A DNA stretch of 63,740 nucleotides, counting the filler, from Collodictyon triciliatum (Eukaryota), in NCBI GenBank assembly GCA_043381765.1. It is 9 parts of 9 records of this genome, joined end to end, with 100 filler letters (N's around TTAATTAATTAA, not from the genome) between each part and the next. Parts side by side here need not be neighbours in the genome. Positions count along the whole stretch, not along the records: positions 50,413 to 57,507 come from JBHJMP010004066.1; positions 57,608 to 63,740 come from JBHJMP010004116.1; 7 more parts are not named here. The stretch is one strand, 5' to 3'. The notes beneath the pieces were generated by a model. That model was not told the origin of the DNA, searched no databases, and saw nothing but the letters and a program-made list of their open reading frames with translations. The position numbers and the translations under genes were made by a program. Positions within the stretch are counted from its first letter, which is position 1, and each line of letters opens with the position of its first letter. Below, piece after piece: positions 55,220 to 63,740 of the stretch.

Positions 55220-57414
55220 TACCGATAAAAGACACTCATTTTTTTCAGCAACTTGTTAAGACCCGAGGATGTTGTGATTTATCTCTCTTTCATCGAGTGT
55301 TGGTTAAACTTGTGTGAAATATTTCCCATATCCTTCTGAGGTCTCTTTTCATGGGCGATAGCTTGTAGAGCTTTGACATATTACAAGCCACACACTTTTT
55401 GCGTATGTGAGCGCATGAGAGTTATGTATTGCGCCCCAATACGACTACTGTGCCTGCGCGAATAGAGCTTTGAGCCTAGTCCGTAATAGAACTATCTGGC
55501 GAATCGCTCTGACTCTGTCTGTTTGTATACCGCCACTAATTCCGTTCTAGTTTTAGTTTTTTGACATTTGGATTCACTATTTGAGTTTCTTTGGCGCTCT
55601 TGTGCGGACGTTTGTGTNNNNNNNNNNNNNNNNNNNNNNNNNNNNNNNNNNNNNNNNNNNNNNNNNNNNNNNNNNNNNNNNNNNNNNNNNNNNNNNNNNN
55701 NNNNNNNNNNNNNNNNNNNNNNNNNNNNNNNNNNNNNNNNNNNNNNNNNNNNNNNNNNNNNNNNNNNNNNNNNNNNNNNNNNNNNNNNNNNNNNNNNNNN
55801 NNNNNNNNNNNNNNNNNNNNNNNNNNNNNNNNNNNNNNNNNNNNNNNNNNNNNNNNNNNNNNNNNNNNNNNNNNNNNNNNNNNNNNNNNNNNNNNNNNNN
55901 NNNNNNNNNNNNNNNNNNNNNNNNNNNNNNNNNNNNNNNNNNNNNNNNNNNNNNNNNNNNNNNNNNNNNNNNNNNNNNNNNNNNNNNNNNNNNNNNNNNN
56001 NNNNNNNNNNNNNNNNNNNNNNNNNNNNNNNNNNNNNNNNNNNNNNNNNNNNNNNNNNNNNNNNNNNNNNNNNNNNNNNNNNNNNNNNNNNNNNNNNNNN
56101 NNNNNNNNNNNNNNNNNNNNNNNNNNNNNNNNNNNNNNNNNNNNNNNNNNNNNNNNNNNNNNNNNNNNNNNNNNNNNNNNNNNNNNNNNNNNNNNNNNNN
56201 NNNNNNNNNNNNNNNNNNNNNNNNNNNNNNNNNNNNNNNNNNNNNNNNNNNNNNNNNNNNNNNNNNNNNNNNNNNNNNNNNNNNNNNNNNNNNNNNNNNN
56301 NNNNNNNNNNNNNNNNNNNNNNNNNNNNNNNNNNNNNNNNNNNNNNNNNNNNNNNNNNNNNNNNNNNNNNNNNTTTTTTATTTCATTTGGTTGTAGGTAC
56401 CATCATAACCTGCAACCACTGCTACTACAAAGTGAGGACATCACAACTGATATCTTTACACACAATATGAAAAACAAAACAAAACAAAACGAAACGAAAC
56501 AAAACGAAACAAAATAAAACAAAATAAAACAAAATAAAACAAAATAAAACAAAATAAAACAAAATAAAACAAAATAAAACAAAAGAAAACAAAAGAAAAC
56601 AAAAGAAAACAAAAGAAAACAAAAGAAAACAAAAGAAAACAAAAGAAAACAAAACAAAAGAAAACAAAACAAAGCAGAAGACGAGGAAAGAAAAAAAAAC
56701 GCAATAAAATCAAGGCAAGCAATTTTAACACAAAAAGAAAAAAGAGTACTCTTTCATGGAATGAAATAAATCAAATATAGGTTCATATTTCAGCAAACCT
56801 CCTCCTTGCAAACCTTGTATTTCTTTCCACTGTCACATTCCCAATCGTTCGCTTGTGGTGTTTTTGTCAGCGACGTTCTGACGCAAAAAGAAAAGAAAAG
56901 CAACAAAAGTCCACAAGAGCCCTACAAATCCAATTTTTTTCAGCTTCCTTCTTTTGTTCTCTCACTTAACATGCCATGTGTTGGCACAGCAAATTGAGCA
57001 TATTCTTCACCACCACAAACACGGCGCGCTCGTCTGTTGCCCCCTATTTGATCGGCTTTTTTTCACTTCCCAGTCCACGAGTTCTCTGTCGCAGCCAAAA
57101 ATACCATACGCCCTTGTCCGGCCACTTAATACTTATTTTTCGTTTTCGTTTTCTTTTTCTATTCCTTTTCTATTCCTTTTCTTCTCTTCTCTTTTCTTTT
57201 TCTTTTCTTTTCTTCTCTTTTCTTTTTCTTTTTCTTTTTCTTTTCTATTCTTTTCTATTCCTTTTCTATTCCTTTTCTTCTCTTCTCTTTTCTTCTCTTT
57301 TCTTTTCTTTTCTTTTTCTTTTTCTTTTTCTTTTCTATTCTTTTCTATTCTTTTCTTTTTCTATTCCTTTTCTTCTCTTTTCTTTTCTTTTCATTTCTTT
57401 CCTTTTTCTATTCC

Positions 57415-57507
<93 letters not shown>

Positions 57508-57761
57508 NNNNNNNNNNNNNNNNNNNNNNNNNNNNNNNNNNNNNNNNNNNNTTAATTAATTAANNNNNNNNNNNNNNNNNNNNNNNNNNNNNNNNNNNNN
57601 NNNNNNNTTTTTTTTTTTTTTTTTTTTTTTTTTGGAAATTTTGTTAAGACGGATCGATAAAATACGGGATTGATAAACAAGAAGACACTCAGATTAACCA
57701 TAAAGACATATATGATTATTCTGCACTGATACATAGTCTTGATTAGAATGGTGTGCGCTCA

Positions 57762-60700
57762 CCTCGCGGAGCTGCTGGGCGATGTCTTTCGCATGGCCTG
57801 TTAAAGAATCAGTGATGGGGCAAATGATGCACTGTCTTGGGCTAAGCCAGAACGGAAGACGACCGTGCGTGTGTTCCAATAGGAGCGCAAAAAGCCTCTC
57901 GACCTGGAATTGTACAATGTGAGCAGGTAAACCAAAAACATTTTTGTGCCGAATTAATGAGAAGCATATTAAAGGTAGAAATGATTCATATCTTTAATTG
58001 GCAACGCATCATCATATATCATCATACCATTATACTGATATATACTTTATTCGAGATATTTTAGGTTGGATAAAAAATTCAGAGAAGTAGAAAAGATACA
58101 AAGAACACATCGCTTTTTTAAGTAAAAAATTCCGTTACTAAAAGGATGTGAGTATGACTACCGATCCAAAGATGGCCCGGTGGATGATAACAGGTGTTTT
58201 GAGAGTGCCATCTTCCGCGCTGTACTGCAGATCGAAGCGAATGGGAAGCTGAAAATCAAGCTGGACGGTACCGCATTGGTGCTCTCTCTTAAAAAAATAT
58301 ATGTAAAACTGTGAGTGTTTTTCGCAGTCAGACCTCAGATTCATACGAAAGCTTCATATGAATAAGAGGTTTTTTTTTATGGTCAATTATCCTTTTTTTT
58401 TCTGGCTGGATCTAATACTTGTATCTCATCTAATATTTTCCGTCTTTTTCTATTTTCCTCTGTATAGTTCCCATAATAATTTTAAATGGGGGAAAAAATT
58501 CGATTGATAGCTCTGTAATATAACTTGACAATCCCTGTGAGGTTTGTTTTGATGTGCGTTTTTCATGTGCAGCATACTTTCATCGAATCGGTCACCAAAA
58601 CGTCAATTTTCGGGCCATAAAATGCTCCATCGCCTTCTGCAACGCTCCATGGCTGGCCAAGAGAATTCAAAACACTTTTCAGAGACGACTAAGATTTTCG
58701 AGCAATTAATGAATATATACTTTCAGTTCTCTTGGTAAACTCAGCTTGCACTTATGTTTCTCGGCTACAACTATAAAATTTAATTACAGGTAAAAAAATA
58801 TCATTACTTCGGCCTCATTCCAAATCTTGATGTCCCCAATGAACTTTTCAGGTCTGGTTGATAGGCGATATCGAAGTGTGAAGCCCAGCTTAGAGTACAC
58901 AGATTTCATGAACTCAAGACATTTTTCTATTTCAGATCCAACCTGTGAAAAACAAACAAACAAACAAACAAACAAACAAAGCAAAGCAAAGCAAAGCAAA
59001 GCAAAGCAAAGCAAAGCAAAGCAAAACAAAGCAAAACAAAACAAAACAAAACAAAACAAAACAAAACAAAACAAAACAAAACAAAACAAAACAAAACAAA
59101 ACAAAACAAAACAAAACAAAACAAAACAAAATTTTAAAACAATAATGTTTAGTTTGAGATATACAATATGTCCTTTGTCAATCTGAAGCTCAAAGTTCTA
59201 CAAACCATATGGATATCCTCGTAATAAAAATCAAAGGAAGTGTAATCGTGAATTTCAAGTATTTTGATTGATATAGATGGATAGATATAGATATACATAT
59301 AGATATACATAGCCCACAGGGAGGACTAGATATTGGAATATAGATGATAGACTACTTGTTGTTCAGAGCAAAAGATGTGCGCATCATCCTGACAAAACTT
59401 CCGCACTCTAGTCAGTCCCGACAGAGTTCCGGAAGCCTCATTTCTGTGAATGAAATCAACATATTGGAGACAAAATAAAACACGGAGTAATTGAATAATG
59501 ACGATTTTGCGCTGCTTAATTATTTCATAATTTTGCTTATACCTATGAAGAGGCGAAAAATCAGCAAGCCTAATAGGTAAATCTCGATAAGAGCGTGTGG
59601 TGCTGGAGAAAATGAGACAGTGGCCGGGGCAATTCATAGGCTTTAAAAGGAACATATCTGCCGTACTGCACCAACCTGATTCCGCGTTTGACTAGGAAAC
59701 ACAATAGTATATAATAAATACATCTTGATAGAAGGATGTGAAATGCAAAAAAAAAAAAAAAACTTGAGGAAGTAGTAATGTTGCCTTATTTTCTAAATAA
59801 GTAGATAAATCACATGAGGGTGCTCGTGTGGTGCGTGTAAACTGACACTAGGATTCTGCTTCGTATGGTCAAAAGCGCCATTAGGAAGCACACAATACAT
59901 ATCGCTACTGTAGTTCTCCCAATGCCCGGATTTCTTCCACAAGTCATTTGTGAAGATAAGAGGGGTAAGAACCTGAATCACATGGTGATATTGGTTATTC
60001 GAAGTTCATACGAGCGTCTTTCAGGGATTTTCTTTTATAAACGTGTTCATATAGATAGAAAGGGCCAAACAATATAAGAATCAAACAAATAAATGGATTT
60101 AAATGTATGTGTGATTATGAAATAACATATTTTATATTTCATAAAACCTCTTCGTAGCCCCGTTTTCGGTACTCATCACGGAGAAAATTGGTCAACCTGT
60201 TGTATACACGGGTTCCATGAGGTAAAAAGAAGGCGCTTCCTTGCAAGATTTATTAGAAATGTTTGTGAGAATAGTATAATATAATATAATATAAAATAAT
60301 ATAAAATAATATAAAATAATATAATATAATACAATACAATACAATACAATACAATACAATACAATATAATACAATATAATACAATATAATATAATATAAT
60401 ATAAAATAATATAATATAATATAATATAATATAATATAATATAATATAATATAATATAATATAATATAATATAATATAATATAATATAATATAATATAAT
60501 AAAATTAAGTGTAGCAAAACATAATAAAATATAGTAACATTCCAGAGGAGACCGATCCTCGCTCTGTTATGATTCGTAGTAAAAGAAACGCAAAATCAGA
60601 AACGCAAAAACTGTGAATGGCATAGCGTAGACAGCCGTGGGCAACAAACCGGGACTATACGTATGGAACAGAAAAAGATCGAGCTGCTTGCCGATGTCTC

Positions 60701-60848
60701 TGTGGTCGTGTGAGCGTTGTGCTTGGGACTCGGGTGTTTGTTGGGAGGCAGCGGCAGGTGGAATCGGTTTGCTGCAAAGAGTTCGGCAGGCCTGGAAAGG
60801 CTTTGCAGAGTGCATAAAAAGCCGCTGGATGTGCGGCTTCCAAAGCAT
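57762..60848 (-). CDS. Mitochondrial threonyl-tRNA synthetase (MST1-type, no N-terminal editing domain), 3'-truncated
   Basis: Presequence-like N-terminus, then [97 protein letters not shown]. Confidence 0.96.
58950..59130. repeat. Compound (AAAC)/(AAAGC)/(AAAAC) intronic array. Similar arrays at 56470-56670 and (AATAT/AATAC)n at 60275-60500
   Basis: Direct inspection. Confidence 0.95.
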
Positions 60849-61149
60849 TCTTTGCAGGTTGGCTCCTGGCGGAAGAGATTCGCGGGAAGCTGCGCGCTTC
60901 AGACAAGTGAGATTGTTACTCTGAGTTTGTGCTTAAATCTTTATTCATAAAGGGCGAGCCTTCTCCGAGCCGCGAGACTATTTTTTCAGGTTGTGTCCAC
61001 GATTTTTGGGTTCTGTAGTTTTGTTTATCTTTTCCTCTTTTCTTTTTCTTTCTTTGATTGATTGATTGACTAGTCTTAATCTAGGTCAAGACAGTTTCGG
61101 TACAAAGAGGGCTTTGACTGCTTCGAAAGTCAAGGACGAGGCGACGCGC

Positions 61150-63534
61150 TCAGCGTCTGAATCTAAGGAAGTTTCGCAGCGCGCTGTTAGTCTCGGACAA
61201 TGAAACACGCACAAAACAAGATGATGGGTATGTGTCTTGCAGGGCTGGCTCGTCGCGGAGGAAACTACTTACGCGATTATCCGACAAGTCCAGTTGCTTG
61301 AGGCGATGCAAGCCAAAGAGGCATAGTGGGACATATGACAACTATGATGTGGTGTATGTTGTTAGCGGTCGGTGTGCTGGGCAATGTGTTGAGACTTGAT
61401 ATTGTGTTGCGTCATTGGCAACATCTCTAAAAATGATGGTGAGGAGGGCAGAATCGGCGCTTCATGAATATAAATGCAGAAATAAACATAACAGAGATGT
61501 AAAAACAAACAAACAAACAAACAAACAAACAAACAAACAAACAAACAAACAAACAAACAAACAAACAAACAAACATACAAACAAACAAACAAACAAACAA
61601 ACAAACAAACAAACAAACAAACAAACAAACAAACAAACAAACAAACAAACAAACAAACAAACAAACAAACAAACAAACAAACAAACAAACAAACATACAA
61701 ACAAATGTTTGTTACAAAATAATAATGATAAAATAATAATAATAATAATAAATTCAGAACTGCTGTAGGCATGGTTAAATTCATAATGGAAAATTAAAGG
61801 AAAGAAAACCAGAAAACGTACACATATGCTGAAAAAAGATACACAGATTAATACATTAAAACCAACCAAGTTATCCTTCAAGCACAGCTTAGTTGTGCTG
61901 GTCAGAAGAGTAAATGTATCAGGAAGGGTTGAAATCTAGATGAATGAAATCATATTTAAGTTCAGTCGAAAAAAAAATGACGGATGATGTGGCTGGTTAT
62001 TTCTCTCTTTTTTTTCTTCTTTCTCCTGCTTATCATGCAAACCCTTACACAAGAGAATACAATACGGGCAAATTAAAAAAAAAGAGAGGATAATACGCAC
62101 TTGGTTGGATGCAAGGTCGATAGAATTTACTGTTAACCAGAAAGGTACCAAAGGTTCGACATCCCGAATATGTTGACTATAATGGAGTGTATCATATAAG
62201 GACAATAATTGTATTTGTTGAAACTGATGGTTATGTATATCCCAGCAAGGTAGTAACGAAATGCCAGCATGAGCTCTTTCTAAATACACCAGCTTATTCG
62301 ATTCTATCCACAGATCCGTCAAATTGGTCAGAAATGTGATTTCATTCGGCAAAGACTCCATCTAAAGCGTTATTAAAAGGAGTTAACCAGGGTAGAGAGA
62401 TTAAAAATAAATAAATAAAAAATAGTACATTCAAGGAAAATGAAATGAAGATAATTTTTTTTAAAAAAAAAACTGAGAAATCAGCGGAATTGTTATCAAC
62501 GGTGTCTTGGATTATTATGTCTCTCCCCCCATTAAGAGTATCGCCTTAAATCACTTCATGGATGATAAAGTGCTATTGTTTGATAATTGGAGACATTATC
62601 CTTGATGTATTATTTCCCTCCACACATTTGTACATACTTGGATGTCATAGATGGACAGATGCTGCAAACTGACCAAGCCAGAGAGACCCTTTGGCAAGAC
62701 CTGAATATGATTTTGATGCACCTTCAAGACTTTAAGCAAGCAAAGCGCAGAGACGGCATCCGGCAAAGCCGTCAAAAGATTCTCATTGAGATAAAGCGCT
62801 CTCAGGTTCGACAAGAGCGAGATCTCGTCAGCAATGTCCCGCAGGCTGTTTTGGTTGAGATGCAGATGAAGCAAAGCCGTGAGTCCAAAGATGCCGATGG
62901 GGACTTCCGTGAAGGCGTTTGCAAAGAGCTGCAAGGTTGTGACTTTGGACAAGGCAGATATGCCCGGCGGGATGTGCGAGAGGCTGTTTTCCTGCATGCT
63001 CAGCTCCACAAGGTTCCGCAGGGCAGAGAAGTCGGGCGGAATCTCCGACAAGGCGTTTGCGGCAAGGCTCAGCTTGGTGAGTGCGGTGAGGCCCAGAAGC
63101 GCCGGCGGCACAAGGGTCAGGCGATTCTGGCTCAGGTCCAAGTGCACCATGCTTGTGAGGGCCGCAAACGCCTTGTCGGGCAGGCGGCTGAGGCTGTTGC
63201 TGTCCAGGCCGAGATGCGTCAGCCGCGTCAGGTGCGAGATCTCGTCGGGAAGGCTTCTGAGCAGATTGCCAAAGAGGTCCAGATGCACGAGGGCCGTGAG
63301 CGTCCACATGCCCGGCGGCACGGCGCCGAGTCGGTTCTGATGCAGCCGCAGATCGCAGAGTCGCGTCAGAAGCCACAGCTCGCCGGGGAGCTCGGGCAGC
63401 TTTCGGTAGCTCAGCTCAAGGTGTGTGCTCTCGGCAAGGGCGCAGCCTGCGGGCCTGGTGTCCGGCTTCAGATCGGCGAGGTTCGAGAGCGCGTCTCGGC
63501 GTCGGAGGCCCAGGAGCTTATTGCCCATGCGCAC
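61150..63534 (-). CDS. Leucine-rich repeat protein (SHOC2/Scribble-like LRRs), possibly N-myristoylated (MGNKL if the second ATG is used)
   Basis: About 11 LxxLxLxxNxLxxLP repeats in the first exon and further repeats in exons near 62361-62101, ~61936-61865 and ~61342-61150. Confidence 0.88.
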
Positions 63535-63679
63535 CTTCTTTCTCTGTTCTTTTCCTTCTAATAGGTGTTTTTTTTTGTTTTGTTTTTTGTTTTTTTTTGT
63601 TTTTGCGTGTATACTGCGCGATATTTTTTTTTATTTTTAAGATCTAACTATCTAACTATCTAACTATCTAACTATCTAA

Positions 63680-63740
<61 letters not shown>

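Noticed and set aside
62587-63561. 324-aa + strand ORF and other long ORFs overlapping the LRR and coiled-coil genes
   Set aside because: Antisense or shifted-frame shadows of GC-rich coding exons.

Overview
Eukaryotic draft-genome DNA, intron-rich and microsatellite-rich, probably from an aerobic amoebozoan-like protist (inferred from gene content). It is not one locus: nine unrelated contigs/scaffolds, the complete ones about 7.1 kb, are joined by artificial 100-nt N-TTAATTAATTAA-N spacers, so adjacency across spacers is meaningless. Genes reconstructed by hand from GT-AG exons: a Dicer/Drosha-like double-RNase III protein, ABCA transporter 3' end, CinA/FPY1-like FAD diphosphatase, HP1-like chromo/chromoshadow protein, long coiled-coil protein with a PH-like tail, FAF-type UBX protein, soluble adenylyl/guanylyl cyclase with STAND P-loop, TPR protein, mitochondrial citrate carrier, NDP-kinase domain protein, LIN54/tesmin, RNF213-like AAA+ protein, Cys/His-motif protein, RPL36, LRRC72-like protein, TKL kinase, YIF1, mitochondrial ThrRS and an LRR protein. 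Two observations stand out. First, the Dicer-like protein has an intact RNase IIIa but an RNase IIIb with three of four catalytic carboxylates replaced by non-acidic residues, so it is a predicted single-strand nicker. Second, the TPR gene is built from about 13 phase-2 exons of 123-129 nt, one repeat per exon. All gene models are manual and lack transcript support.
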